NCBI RefSeq assembly: GCF_964204645.1
Contig: NC_134030.1
Span: 10,933,947-10,997,946, forward strand
DNA: 64,000 nt
Source of the DNA: Tubulanus polymorphus
Lineage: Eukaryota; Animalia; Nemertea
Direction: 5' to 3'
Part shown: in pieces, positions 37,900 to 51,745 of the stretch
How the letters are laid out: every line of letters begins with the position of its first letter
How positions within the stretch are numbered: the stretch's first letter is position 1
Program-made: the position numbers and the translations under genes
The notes under the pieces: generated by a model
Seen by the model: only the letters and a program-made list of their open reading frames with translations
The model's database searches: none
What the model was told of the DNA's origin: nothing

Positions 37900-40740
37900 A
37901 TTTGAAAAGAGTTTGATCTCTCGCGATCGTGTGATGGCTCCGGATGTCGCTGCACTCCTTTACATTTGTGACGATAGAGACACTGACATGTATGCGGTTC
38001 CGGCGGCTGCGTTGCGATAATGCCTCGCAAAATGTCGGTGCGGACGTGTCACGACCGATGCATATTTCCATATCGACTATCGTTACAACGGCACTGCTGC
38101 TGCAACGCAAGATCAACCGCGTGCGCGTATTTTCGACTGTCTTTAGTACAGACCACGATGAAACTAAGGTACGATTGACGTGTGGGCAGGAAATTACGAT
38201 TCAGTGGAGGACTCGGCGTGTTTGAGTAAGTGCGACATGCGAGGCAACGACAAACGCGCCAACAGATGGCGGATGTTTAACAGCCGACTCAACGATTCCG
38301 GCGTCCTATCAATCGACAGACACCGGTACCATACTTCTTCTTGTCGGTCATTGATGCCGAAACGATTGGAAGACATTCCGCGTTTCAGCGATGTGCCCTT
38401 AATACGATGGTACCGCGGAATGGTATTACTTCCTTCTACGATGATGACAAAAAAAATCTGACAACTATCAAACGTGAAGAAGTAAGTTAATTCTACTTCG
38501 AAATGAAATCCAGGTCAATAGTAATTAAACGCGTACGACTTAATATCAAGGTATTAAACCGAACGAAGTACTCGTACCCACAGGTGGCTTTTTATATGTA
38601 TATTTGCAGATCGTTTGATTAGATATCTTAGTCTTTATGACTTAACGCGCTATAACAAACAGACACTCTCCGAAAATGAGTTGTGCAAATTTTCAAAGCT
38701 CACAGTCTTGCGAGATCCTATACAGAGAGATGATTTTTTGTGGATTATCACAAATTCGTTACATATACAGAATGAATTATTATCTGCCAAAGAAATCTTT
38801 TTTTTGTATATAGCGTACGTAGACCATTGATAATGCGTTACACTCGACATCCATTCGAATCTCTTTGGAAAAACTTTTTAAAACAACAAAATAAGTATCA
38901 TAGATTTAGTTCATGCACATGTACGTATCGTTACAACAAAACACGAGTTTAATTGACAATGTAGCTCGTGGTCCGATTCACAATATTGCTTGGTAACTGG
39001 GAGTCAGTAACCGGAAGTTATCGCGTGAAACGTCCAGTAACCGGTATGCATTCGATCGCGCTGTCTTGATAGAAGGATATCTATACTTTCGATTGCTGCG
39101 TTTGGACGTTTCCTCAAATTTTCCAGTATCTGTGCCAGAAGAATATTCCGCCACCGCGAAGAGCACAATTTAAAAGTGCCATATAATCAGGTTTTGTCAA
39201 GCATTTGAAAATGTGAAATCTTGCATTGTCACCGAAGCGGACACTTCTTCGGGTTTTGAATCCCCGGTCGAATATTCAGTTTGTCTTGGCGACTCAATAC
39301 TAAAGAGCGACGCTCTCAGTCCAAAGAACAGGTTTTCGGGAACTGAAGTAAGGTCATCGGCGCACAATACACGCGGCGCCAAAAATTCTTTATGGCGAAA
39401 CTCAATGTGGAGCTTTACCCGCAGAAGTCAGTTGAATACTTTTTCAATTGAACTCGCGCACATAAATACATAAAACTATAAAATCCAGGTGCTTAAAGAG
39501 CTCTCGTGAGTGTATAGTGTACGTAGGTATAGTTTTCACGGAGAATCAACGTATGAATCAATGGTAGTACGGATATTCATGTGAAAGCAATGCTGGCATG
39601 AACCCAAAAGAACACATAAATGACAGCTGTCGCGATACGTGACGCGTTTGTAAAACGACACGCCTACATGGCTTTTTCGCATTATACTTGGAGAAGAAAC
39701 GTTAAAAGCATATAGCTACCTTACAACTAATAATATTCGCTATGCTATAGGGCTAAACACAAAACCGGCGCCATCTTCGGATTATCGTAACATGCCACAA
39801 GCAGGCAATGAGTCTTACACGACCGGAACATGGTATTTGCGCATCGGGATTACCTTCAAAGTTACACGTGCAGATTCTGGTGGCAGTCTAATCGAGATAT
39901 AGCGTTTATCGCGAACGACAATGTGACTTCCATATGATCTGGAATCATGTACTTAGCAGCGACAGGAGTCTATATCTTTGTGCTAACGTTGGCAATGTTT
40001 GTGTCCAGTTTGGCGCGACGATCGGATTATAAAAAATCTGCGGATGTACCCCATATTGTGAACAGTACCGCTGAAGAAATGGCGACATTGATGTCAAGAT
40101 ACCGGAATCCTCGGCCAGGTTGGTAAACACGTGCTATCAAGACGCCTACGCTTTCTAAATATGGAAGTTTGGGTTAATCCCCTCGCAACATATCTACGTA
40201 AATCAGCATTTGTTTCAAATGCATTACCTGCAACAGAATTATCACATGAATAATTCAAACCCATGTTACGAAACATTGTATCGCTATCAATTTTGCTGGG
40301 TCCACACTTCTAGTAGCTTCGCGTAGCTTTTAATTCATGGAAAGAGTATGCAATACTATCTAATGCGTGTAGAGAAGATTTTTCTGCTAATCCGCAGTTT
40401 TATGCAACGTACGTATGACACAATGATTACGTATAGTAACAAGATGGTGGATGGTTCGGTAGAACCGCTCCACGCTGTCGTCGTTGTTGTTTGCGAAAAC
40501 ACACGTACACGTCAGGTCACATCGAAGAGTCAACCAAAATAATTCAAAAACAACCTGGACATAGGTAACAATTTCTTCATCGTGCTGAACGACGTATTAT
40601 ATATACGCTCGGTATAGCATTTGCGCGGTAACCAATGCCACAATTTCCGGGGAACGCACACTTTCAAAATAATCGCTTAAATGCCTCGACAGAGCAACCT
40701 GATCGACATAATTAACCAAATACGTAGGTTTCTTTTCATT
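37900..40740 (-). pseudogene. Possible highly decayed leucine-rich-repeat gene (second copy or second half)
   Basis: Scattered minus-strand peptides fit the LRR consensus: LTSVPENLFFGLR (39352-39314), LLDVSRDNFRLL (~39040-39005), NTLILSRTRLITIDLDF (~38555-38505). Many stops and frameshifts. Confidence 0.35.
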
Positions 40741-41099
40741 CGAAATGTATTCTTGATGTATTTACTAAAGTATACTTGATACTGAACTTTCAAAAAGACT
40801 AAAAGATTACAGTTGTACCACTTTTCGTTACCGTTTCTATTACCGATTTCAACCAAATCTAGGTCATTTGGTTTTCCTTCACAAAGCTTTGTCAACACAT
40901 GGCATGAACTGAATCCATGAAATTGTTACTATATACAGGTATATATGTATATGCAGGTAAAAAAGCCTTTTTTCACACAAACATGTGACAGCTGTGGAAG
41001 GGTTATATGTTTTTACAATTACTGTAAACTAACATACTTGTTCTGTGTATAAAGGAAGTATGATTTACGGAACGTGACATTCTTTCCCTGAACGGAAGC

Positions 41100-43600
41100 G
41101 TCCGGTTTCCAAAAGTATGTCCGTTTACACAATGTCTCCATGCATGATATCGTGTCATCGCATTTTGATATGTTTTCCAACTAAGTATGCAGGTCTTACA
41201 CACTGAGCGTTTCCACTTCAGTACGTTATGTACTGGGACACGCGTCCCAGGTTGTACGTACTGCTTGCATGTTTTTGATTTTGATTTCCTCTTATAAACA
41301 TCTAGTTGCAGAGTGACAGATGCACATCTGCGTTGCGATACGAATCCCTGCCTTTACAAACATAATACGTTATTCATTGCATTAAAACAACTTTTTGATC
41401 GGGGAGAATCATCTTAATAATTTGGAGGCTGGCTTTTCACAGACGTTATTCGAACTATGTAGGTCAATGTCACCAAGTGGTTTGATACATTGTAGACTTG
41501 GCGATGGTATTTTGTCGTTGGATGGAACATTTTTGAAATGAGACTACAAAAAAGCAATCTATGAACCTCGGGGTCCGGTTTCACTATAAAGGATAAATTC
41601 CCAAATCGAAAAAGGCTGCATTAATATTGAAAAGACGTCGATTTAATAGATTCTTTCGTGAAACTGATGAGCCTGCAACTTTTAACGGAACAAACTCTTT
41701 ATGATCGAGCTTAACACGACGATGAACAACACGAGCTTTACTTGCTAGCTGAATGCGTATTCTAATTTATGAATGATTCTTGATGGACTTTTTTTTAAAT
41801 AGCTAGGCTTAGTATGCAGAATGTTAATTACACAACGGGTTATTATACACATAACAGAACATAGTTGATCTTGACATCTATGTTTTCAAAGATACGTTTA
41901 ATATCAAGATGGAATTGTCACTAAATGTTCTGGTACTACGATGAGTCAAAGTCTTTAGGGATGATTTTATGCAACAATATTTGATTAGCTCGACGTGTAC
42001 GCCTCAATTCAGGTTGACATCAAGACGCGTTTAAATAGGATGATTGCAGTGTTTGTTAGATCTCTATAAACCGGACACATGCAGGTTTTATTAAGATTTT
42101 GATACGTACGCAAAAGGTCCAAATGTACTCTTGGAGTCGCCTGAACCTGTTTAAGACGTTGAATCGCAAACAATACCAGTTGTCAGGCTGGTCGTCTTCG
42201 TAATAACGCAAAGTACGTAGCGTAATAACGCAAAGTACGTAGCCAAACCAATTTATCGCTGGCACATATACCATGCCCGTGTGTTTCTAACATTTTTCGA
42301 GGCTAGTCAAACCAAAACCTACTACACATATACTAAATATCGATCAAAGATTATGATCAAGAAGTGGGGTGGTTCATTCATTCATTTATATTTCATATAT
42401 GTCAACCAATGCAAAACCTATAACTTACTATGATTGACTAACAGAATTCTGCCGCTATGAGGTTTCCAACGACGTTTGAACAGCGAATACGCACAGGTGA
42501 AGACCAGCAGTAGAATCCAGGGTAGCTTTCTAACCTATGGCGTAAAGTACCATTTGGAATCATTTACATTGATCTAGTGAATCAACGGCAACCGGAGTCG
42601 AAGGCTGTCCTAACTATTCAAATAGGTTTAATGGGGCTATAGAATAAACGTTAGTGGAAATTACTGGAAATGGTTTTTGTATGGTATGTCCATAATTCAA
42701 TAGTCACGGCGCGATAATTATTCTCCTCGTCAACTGATGCTAGGATACATAGTTTAAACACGATAGGCTCTCACAACACCGACAGTGCATTTTCAGCTAA
42801 ATATTATGGATTTCTTTCGAGTGGCTTTAAATTACTAACAACGTGAAGCCCTTCTCAAAATCATGTCAGCGTAATACTGGTGAAATATGTCACTATCAAA
42901 AGTCATTCAACTTTTACGTGTACATTTCTATCTGGTTCTATTATGTAATCATTCTTCACATCTATCATGGTTGCAGCAATCCGATCAATTTTAGTTACGG
43001 AGCCTCTGTCGCATCATAGCAATCTAGTATCATACGATGCTTTCGATCTTAGATAACCATAGATATCCCGGCTGTTAGGATGGAGCAGAAACTTTGAGGT
43101 GAATATTGAATATTTTGGGACTTCTGTAATTCTTAAATTAGGCTACACAGTTCTTTTTTCGAACGCGCGAACAACGCGAATGATCCCAAAAACGTTGTTG
43201 TCTTTGTAGTTATTTACTGGGTCATGTGGAAGGGATGGGCTGGAGTCGATAACTACCGAGTCTGCATTGAACAGTTTTGTATGAATGTAGACCTATAGGG
43301 AACAAGTAATATTCGAGTCACTGCCCCACCTTGTTCAGTAGCATGCACAATTACCAGTTGTGATGCCGATGGTCACCTTTTTAGCGATTGAAAAGGATTC
43401 CGATCGGAAGGAGTGGCCTTTTTATTGTACCAGTTGTATGAAGGATTGATCGTTCAACCTTTGCCAAGGTCAGGTGCTTTGGAATCTCCGAGACAGGCTA
43501 CTATACGTAGCATGCTGTCAGACGTGCCTATTTCAAGAAAGTTACTTGTAATAGTTTTCGTCGTAGCCGTCTCTGTTTTAACATCAGTTGAACAATCTAC
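41100..43600 (-). pseudogene. Possible highly decayed intronless leucine-rich-repeat receptor-like gene with LRRNT and LRRCT caps
   Basis: Minus-strand fragments in the expected order: SEIPKHL (43491-43471, LRRNT-like), PFQSLKKV, GPFAYVSKS, TRLDVNLN, SSLKTL, YNNPL, HLVTL/DLHSSN, then QCVRPAYLVGKHI (41205-41167, LRRCT CxxPxxLxG). Confidence 0.45.
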
Positions 43601-44129
43601 CATATATGGATCTTACAATCGCCATTGTTCGCACGTTTTTAATGTTGGGTTTATAGTACGGCTGTATTTTTTTCTCACGACCTATATACGGTAGGTCTTC
43701 GAAAATCGTTATCATTCACAACACCTTTCGAGGGCCTACAATGAGAAATATTTTTTTTTTGAAATCTAACCGACAAACCACTCACACGATAAGTCTGAAA
43801 AAGAAGTACTCTGAGTCATTGCAGTTATTAACACTACGACAAGAGTAACTGTATTCAGTTGATATTCAACTGATCAGCAAAACTTTCACTAAAATTCAGG
43901 GTTTCAGTTTCACGATAAAAGATAGGAAATTCTAAGTATTTAAATCAATTTGATGTGTACACTAAATCTGTGTTTTCTTCACAAATTTACGTCACTAATA
44001 TTTTTTTGTTCAGCTACCACTCCGTCTGGTCTTAAAAGTATCCATGGTCCAAATAATTGGAATTACTACATAGTAAATCGTGAATCATATACACGCATTT
44101 TCCTAGGATCTTTTACAAAAAAGTGATTC

Positions 44130-44260
<131 letters not shown>

Positions 44261-44544
44261 CACTGAATATGTCATACTCAAATCTGTGTGAATGGTGTAT
44301 TTTCACCTTGACATTAATTGACACAAAAGACACGGTGCTTAGACGCGTTGAGTCTGGATGCGTCACGAAAAAAAAACGTGGGTGGAAATCGATCGGCTCT
44401 CTCAAGGCATCGCCAAGGTCGTCCATCCTTTCTTAGGTGCTCCGATGCAAATGTCGTCACAATGGCTTTATATACGTATATATCACATTCCCGCTAGAAG
44501 TGATGATATGGACAAAATATTGATAGACACATTCGATAGGGGTC

Positions 44545-45105
44545 ATATTTAATGATGTGGGGCATGTGACAAGATCAAAAGGGCTTTCCAAGACCATACC
44601 ACAAGGGAAGGTCCAGGGGAAGAAAAGGCGAGGAAGACTGATGATCAAAGAAATGGACGTACAACCTACGCAGGCGCGGATCCAGGGGGGGGGGTTCAGG
44701 GGTCGTAACCCCCGCCCCCACCTGCTCAGCTACCAAAAAATGTTTTAATTGTTTTCGTGAAGGAATGTTCTCAAGACAAAGTGGGCGGACAATACCAGAT
44801 AATCGGTACCATATCATTTTATGTTTGACTAAACAATACGTCATAGGCCCCTATCATTAGAGATTTTCGTCGGCAATTTATTATTAACAACTTTATGAAC
44901 GCTCTCCTGGAAAAAATCCTGGATCCGCACCTGCTACGAGCAATAATCTCATTGCTCGTAGAGACGACATAGCTGAACAGACCAAGACAAGCTTCCCCAT
45001 AACCCAGGCACTAGCCCACAACCGCCAAGGAGCAAGCTGGTGCAGCGTTCGTCATTGCAACGCCTCTACGACCCCGGCGGCTAATGGGATCAGTGAACAG
45101 TGAAC
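44545..45105 (+). mobile_element. 3' end of an RTE-clade LINE, interrupted by a MITE
   Basis: GHVTRSKGLSKTIPQGKVQGKKRRGR..DDQRNG/IKEWT matches the RTE ORF C-terminus (GHV.R...K.ILQG.V.G.R.RGRP..W.DDIKEWT). Ends in short tail repeats cagtgaa-cagtgaa. Confidence 0.8.
44671..44933. mobile_element. Intact MITE with 16-bp TIRs and a perfect 5-bp TSD
   Basis: caggcgcggatccagg / cctggatccgcacctg (1 mismatch). CTACG duplicated at 44666-44670 and 44934-44938. Confidence 0.9.
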
Positions 45106-45411
45106 ATTATAGTTGATATCGATACCCTTAGAGTGTTATCGAACTTAATAGACCTTCATTCATCGTACGTATCAAAAGCAAAGCGATATCAAACATGCAC
45201 TTAGTGCATGCCAAAATAAAAGTGACCTTTCGACAGAATGCGTTAGAATGTGTATTTCGATCAAATGTGAATTTTTACTAGAAACGAATGAGGTTCTTGA
45301 ATCGTACAAAAAAGATAAGAAAATCAGAAAAATAATGACACCCGACGCACAAAAGTCATTAAAGTCCTGGAATGATACGTACTTGATAATAACCGCAAAC
45401 TGTCTTTAAAA

Positions 45412-45699
45412 CCCTTTCAGTGCTCACTAATTAATACCCTATAGTGCTGGAGATGATATGAAAATTTTGAAAAAATTCCACCCTTGTGTGTTGAATAACA
45501 CGAATACCACTATAGTGCGTCTACACTGCGACGCAGTGTGTCGTTAGTTACTAATATTTCACTATGTTTGACAGGTGCTGCCATTTTTCAATAGAGATAA
45601 AACTGATTACTAAATATATCGATACACCGCGATGCGGTGTACTAGCTAAATCTATCACTGATTTATACACCGCACTGTGGTGTAGCCGCACTGAAAGGG
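45412..45699. mobile_element. piggyBac-type MITE, same family as 59637-59888
   Basis: TIRs ccctttcagtgc / gcactgaaaggg. Internal sequence is collinear with the 59637 copy; TTAA sites are degenerate here. Confidence 0.85.
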
Positions 45700-48600
45700 T
45701 TTAAACAATGTGACTTCACTGTCGTCGTCGGTACTACCCGTCGTAAGGAATACACCGATCTGTTTCTAAGAATAGTCGATTTTTCAAAAGTAGAAGAAAT
45801 CAACCAATCTTATCTCGCTTACTGTAAGCCTTTATAATCACTCTACTTTTGGACAGAGTCACACGGATATCGGGCACAAATTACGTATCACGACTGTGAG
45901 CAGAGGAAAAGTTGTATCACAATGAGATATGACTACTTTGATATATGTACGTACAAGCACGTTATATAGAAACTGTACATGGTATACATTCAAATTGCGA
46001 AAACACATTACGGTCAATTAACAACCGTCTCATCAGAAGATCAGAAAAGCATTTCTGTTTCATGTTTCGGGTTCATAATTTGTTGTTGTGCGCGTTTGGC
46101 TTTAGATCCTACGAGAAGGAAAGAACTGAACAGGGTAAAACATTGACTTCAATGACAGTTTGTATTTTCAAATGTTTATTGGCATTTATACTAAAAAGAA
46201 AAAAATACTACGGGGAGAGGTTGACAAGTAAACGTGACAATATTTAGAATTCGAATATTTATATGTTTCTGTGGAACTTCCTTTGTCACAGGCTTGGCTT
46301 GAAGCTTCTTTAAACAACACTTTCATGTCACTGGTCCCTGTGGCTCGATACCTGGGAAAAAAATGAAGTTACCTCACGATCGAAAAGGTTTGGCGTGCAT
46401 GCAGTATTTCTATTTATCGTACGATTTCTGAGTCATTCCGGATGCTTTGTTCGTTTTTTAAATCTTTAATCAGTCAGCGTTCTTTAGGCCCGAACCCGAA
46501 AAGTAGCGAGAATGATTAGAGACAAATCTACTGCTAAGACTTAGGACATATACATGTGCGCAAATTCGAAATCATTTTATTGCGCGAGAAAGGAGAGTCA
46601 ATTGCCGTTTTGCGCATTGGATAATCCCCGAACAATAAAGAGATCTCATTCAATAATGAATTTGATTCATTTCTCATACACGAAGCATGATTATTTTTCA
46701 CGTTTACGGCGACCAAAATGTACGCTTAGAAATGAAAAGTGAATAGAACTTCCTATACAATGAATCGACTGATAAATGGAGTATTCGACCTTATTTTGAT
46801 GTTTTCAGGAAGGAAACTTAGGAAGGTTCATTTTCTAACAATGGCCGTACAGTTTCGTTTATAAACCCCGAAGTAAAAATCAAACATTGCCATTCATGGA
46901 AATTAAATTATAGCCGTGAGAATGGATTATAAATCAGAAACTCGGTTTATAGACAATGTGGGTTGAGCAAAAAATATCTTTTGTGAAATCAAAGTTCACG
47001 ATTTGTTTAACAATGTGATTGTATTTTAAGTTGAAACTGAACGTGTGGTGGGCTTTTGATCAACGTTTAGTGCGGCGCAAAAATCGAGGACGAGAAAAAG
47101 AGCGTATTCTTTTGTTGGGAATATACCCTAGCAAATAGTAAGCTTAATGCGGCGGAAAATCCGATCTGCTTTATACAGTGAATTATGCGTATAAGTCGGC
47201 GCTTAAATTCGAATGAATTAACGCTCTACAGTCGAAAGGAAATGGTTGGATCCATTTTTTTTTCGTCTTGTTCAAATTGATTTCGGCCACAAACGGCAAC
47301 TTGCCATATTGTAGTATACTTATGGTCTAAATGATAATCAAAGATGTATCGAAACCACTGGCTGAACCACGCTATGATAAACTCGTCCGTGCCACGCCGA
47401 AATAGGCCGAGATATGGTTAGGCATTGCTTCTGCAGTCACTTCATAAGGGTTTATATAAGACGAGTCGATGGTTCAAAGATTGAGACCGTTTACGTTTTT
47501 GAGTCGTTGTTTTTACTCAAACCCTAGAAAATCCGACTTGCTCATAGTCGGAGTCTTGTGGGAGAAAATCGTCTAGTCCCGAAACATCCGTTCCATCTGT
47601 TATCAGCGGTGAAAATAATATTGATAATAATAATTATGATGATGATATTGATAATAATTTTTTCGCTTATATTGCGAACTATAAAAATAATGGCCGCGCT
47701 CCACACATCATGAAAACAATAGACACCACAAAAAGATAATTCCCATTCGAATCAAAGATATATACGTAAGGTAGGGTTTAAGATTACGTTTCTAAAAGAA
47801 AAGTCTAACGGGTTAATTTCACAGTGTCAAGAATTATTCGAATGATTGGTGAAATGGGCCGGAACTCTAGCAATTTTTCATAGTCGGCTTAACGACGCGA
47901 AAAACATATCGTAGAGAAAATTGATATGAGCGACACGTGCAACTCAAGAAGTCTATTCTTAGCATTTCTGAGTGCAACGATTTTTGGGGACTATTTCCTA
48001 GTATGGTTCACGTTTAAATACATACTTAAACCAATATTTTTTTCAAATCTGTGGATAACTTCCATAGAATTAAAGAGTCAAGTGCATGTCCTGGTATTTT
48101 TACTAAATCTCATGGTTCTCAACAGCATTATATTTCTCCCATTTTACCGAAGCCTCGTAATTTGATCGGTCGCCATCGGAATAATTCTTTTCCAACCGTC
48201 TATTTATCAATTCATTAGTGATATGGACTCGCTTGCTGTTGGTAATCTTGGAATTTGCTTTATATTTCATAAAGTACTCATAAGTTCAATATTAGCAAGC
48301 ATCGCATATATAAGAATTGATATCAAATAATATTGAAATCTATAATAAGTTGTACAAGTTGCTAACTCAAGAAGAAACATATCTGCTATCCAGCAGATGT
48401 CTACGAAGCAGCTGCCTTCCGCTTGGACAGATAAAAATGCATGTACTGATCATTTTTTGTGTCTCCTCGAGATGACGATATACGTATGTCACCTGACACG
48501 CACTTCACAGTCGTTAAAATGCCATAGGTCAAAAATGTTGAGAACAAAAGGCAAGTTTGTTAGCGACCGGATGTCAAAATATCTCATTTGAAATTCAAGT

Positions 48601-48879
48601 TGAATGTAAGATTTATTCATGAAAAGGAAAACGATGAGTAATGCTTTTTTATTGTATTGAGTCGAAGCGTTGTTTATGATAAGTAGTTATTTTCTCGCTG
48701 TTCAATCCACGTTCTAGTGTACTGCGTGTGCGTGGATGGAAAAGTCTCAATTAAGATGAAATATCGACCTTACGGCGATGATCGATGAAAGATTGAGACT
48801 AAAGAAAGATTATAGCAGAATAACCACACTGAAACGCGGAGAACAGATAATAAGATGAAAAACAAATACAGATTCAACA

Positions 48880-49045
48880 GTTTTTAAAATCGAGAATCTA
48901 TTCAATAAAAAATCAGTTAAAAAGACACGTCGTTTCGAGCTGACACTAGAGATGGGTCACACCTGACGATGATCTCTAGTGTCAGCTCGAAACGACGTGT
49001 CTTTTTAGCTTATTATTCATTGAATAAATGCTAGATTTTAAAACT
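48880..49045. mobile_element. Palindromic Penelope-end-like element with hammerhead-like core
   Basis: Perfect 36-bp arms at 48918-48953 and 48972-49007 plus diverged outer arms. CTGACGA at 48963-48969 and GAAA at 48989-48992. Confidence 0.6.
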
Positions 49046-51536
49046 TTTGTACATAGGTCTTATTATAGTGAGATATTAACTGAAACGATAGTCTTATTGC
49101 ATTATAAAAAGTCTAGACATTTTTTACTCTCACCCTGCCTACTTCATTGTACGTAAGTATTATTGCAGTTTTATCAGATCCATCTATGAGACTGGCGTAT
49201 TTATGCCCGATGCGTAGTCATTGTTTGCTAGGAGCACGAATTTTACGTATTAGCGTCAGACGTATGATAAAAAGAAATAGCTACTGATAATCTTACTTAA
49301 TCCTTAGTCAATACTTTAAATGCGGTGCCCTTCCATAACGGTGCCTAGAAATTGATGCGACATTCAGTTATTGCCGTTGATATTATTAAGATATTTTGAA
49401 TTCCAATCTTGGTGCATAATATATCTGCCGCGATACGAGATCGTATTTTTATTAGCAGGTCGTCAAATTTCGGGGTGATTTATCGCTGGTGATTATTGTA
49501 TATTGATCGACGCTGGAGAGATTTTTTTTTATCGATATCACCTATATTTCCATAGTAAAGATTCATCTCGTACTAATAAGGACACTCAAACTAAAATATT
49601 GGCCAGTTGTCGATGCGACAAAATGTCATGCTGTACAATCAAGGGCGCTTTTAATTCGGTGTTCCTATCTCCTATACACATAACTATAGTAAAAGTGTGA
49701 TCGTCTACATTGCACATTTTTGATGATTATTTTTGCGGTAGTGCATTGTTAAAAACTACGCCGATATTGATTTCTGTATACGTATCGCTATACATATGCG
49801 TACTACGTAATGCCACCGGAAAATGTCTCCGTTTAAAAGATTGAACGATAGAAATACTCAAACTAAACGATTACGTCCCTCCCAAACATGGACGGTGTCG
49901 TACGACCAAGTTGAATTTGTTATAACCACTTCTATTACACGCGACGTCGGAGCGCAGTGAAAGCAGTATATACTCTATTGATATTTCTGCATTTAAAAGA
50001 AAGCACACGGCAGCCGGAAACCTCCTGCCCTACTCATATTATTCACAATTGACCGTTATCGGTTCAATTTTATTGCATTGTTGCTTGACTATTTCATTAT
50101 GCACGATATCGACCAGTTGATTATGATTTTTTCCCCAGCGGAACAGCTGTTCTTTACAGGTCTGATTACAATATCATTCTAGATAGTGACTACCTCGGTT
50201 AGGTTCCCACATAGAGCTCGAGTCCTTACATTCGTTTCCCGCATACTGTCACGATACACGTTGTACATGTGTGACCTATCTTTTTGAACGTTTTCTAAAA
50301 CCTCTTGTGTTTAAACTATGGTCTTGACAGAGGTTTCTAAATCAACACACCGTTCAATGGCATGGCAAAGTGTCTTGTTCTTTGCCAAAAGAAAGCGAAA
50401 TTATATGGATTTATGCTGACTTATATGTTTTGGCTTTGCTGATTTATTGGCTAATAAAGGCTTCTGAACAAATTAGAGCAAAATAGTTGACATGGATCGA
50501 CATGCTACCCCACGGACCGTGAGAAATATTACGACGAAGCCCATGCTTCTAGGGTTTATGATTTCCTCGAAATATCGTTGTTTGAAGCGCTACAAGAAAT
50601 GACAATAAGAATACATGTATTTGAAAATGTCAGATGCAAAATGCAGGTGGAAACCTGGCAAGGGGTTAGTGCCTTATACAACAAATGGATTATGAATATA
50701 CTGAGCACACATTCCGTGTGATGAATGTTAAAACAGACGTGTTTGAAATGCCAGTTGTTTATGATATATTTCCATGAATTCAAACCAGGCACCGGCGAAA
50801 ATAAACACGAATTTCGATCACCGAGCCTTCCATCCGGGACCGTTTGACTTGAGAGTAATAAAAGTCGTAAGTGCCCTAGAACTCAACATTCCCCCTTTCC
50901 ACCACCGTGACTGTTTGAATTTGAGTGACGAGGAGTTTTGAATCGGAAAAGACTGGTAATACTATCCTGGAAAAATAACGGATTAGCCAATGTTTTTGAA
51001 GGACATTTCGCTGCTGACTTAAAACTGTCAATTCACCAACATTTGCTTATTTAAGTACATTCCAATTTGGGCCCAAGCTCGCATCTTGTTTCCCCATTCT
51101 CTAGTGTCACTCAAAACGTTCGTGGATCAGCAAGGATATGGTTATTATTGTCAAGTTGGTAAATACAGGTTTCTGCGTCACATTTGAACATAAATGGTAT
51201 TTTCTGTATGTATTTATGTAACTTCCATTTTAAACATGCCATTCAAATAAAACTTGACACAATAAATGCGTAGAATTATTTCTTGAAACCTAGTACTTTT
51301 TATACAATGCAGATAGCTCTGCTTATTTCAACCACGTTGTGAGAAAATCGAAATTAAGGAGTTTTTTACACGTCGTCGGTTATCGCTCTGCTCGATGTTA
51401 GACCATCTTAGAATTGCTGTTTTCTTTACATCTCTTCATCCTCATTTCTACGGCGATTAACAAATATATACGATAATTTTACTCCGAATATGCGAGAATC
51501 TATCAGTAGACGTATAGGTAGATTTGCTTGGTCTAA

Positions 51537-51745
51537 TGACGTCATTTTATTAATGCGCATTCTACTGTAGTAAGACGTCGTTCCTTGGTTTATCCCTCCC
51601 GCCCATACACCCACACAAGTTGAGTGCCTTTAGAAAAAAAACTGAAAAACTATTTAGCTGACGTCATCAGCCGGTTGGAGTATTACATCAGCTCGTCTTA
51701 TTTGGGGCATAAAACCGCAATTATCCTGCCCTTACAAAAGCTGTG
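51537..51745 (+). promoter_or_regulatory. Promoter-like cluster upstream of the sclerostin-family exon
   Basis: Two perfect CRE palindromes TGACGTCA (51537-51544, 51659-51666), GC box ccctcccgccc (~51594-51604), TATA-like CATAAAA (51708-51714). Confidence 0.45.

Noticed and set aside
43413-43694. Plus-strand ORF with hydrophobic LLVIVFVVAVSVLT
   Set aside because: No suitable donor or homology; more likely the antisense shadow of the decayed minus-strand LRR sequence.
47636-47765. Signal-peptide-like MMMILIIIFSLILRT ending at a phase-1 GTAAGG donor, tempting as sclerostin exon 1
   Set aside because: Two in-frame stops precede the donor, and the hydrophobic run comes from an (ATA/ATG)n low-complexity tract like the LINE-tail remnants at ~35790 and ~37550.
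47926-48000. MSDTCNSRSLFLAFLSATIFGDYFL as sclerostin exon 1
   Set aside because: The available donor is phase 0 while the cystine-knot exon needs phase 1, and no bridging exon was found.
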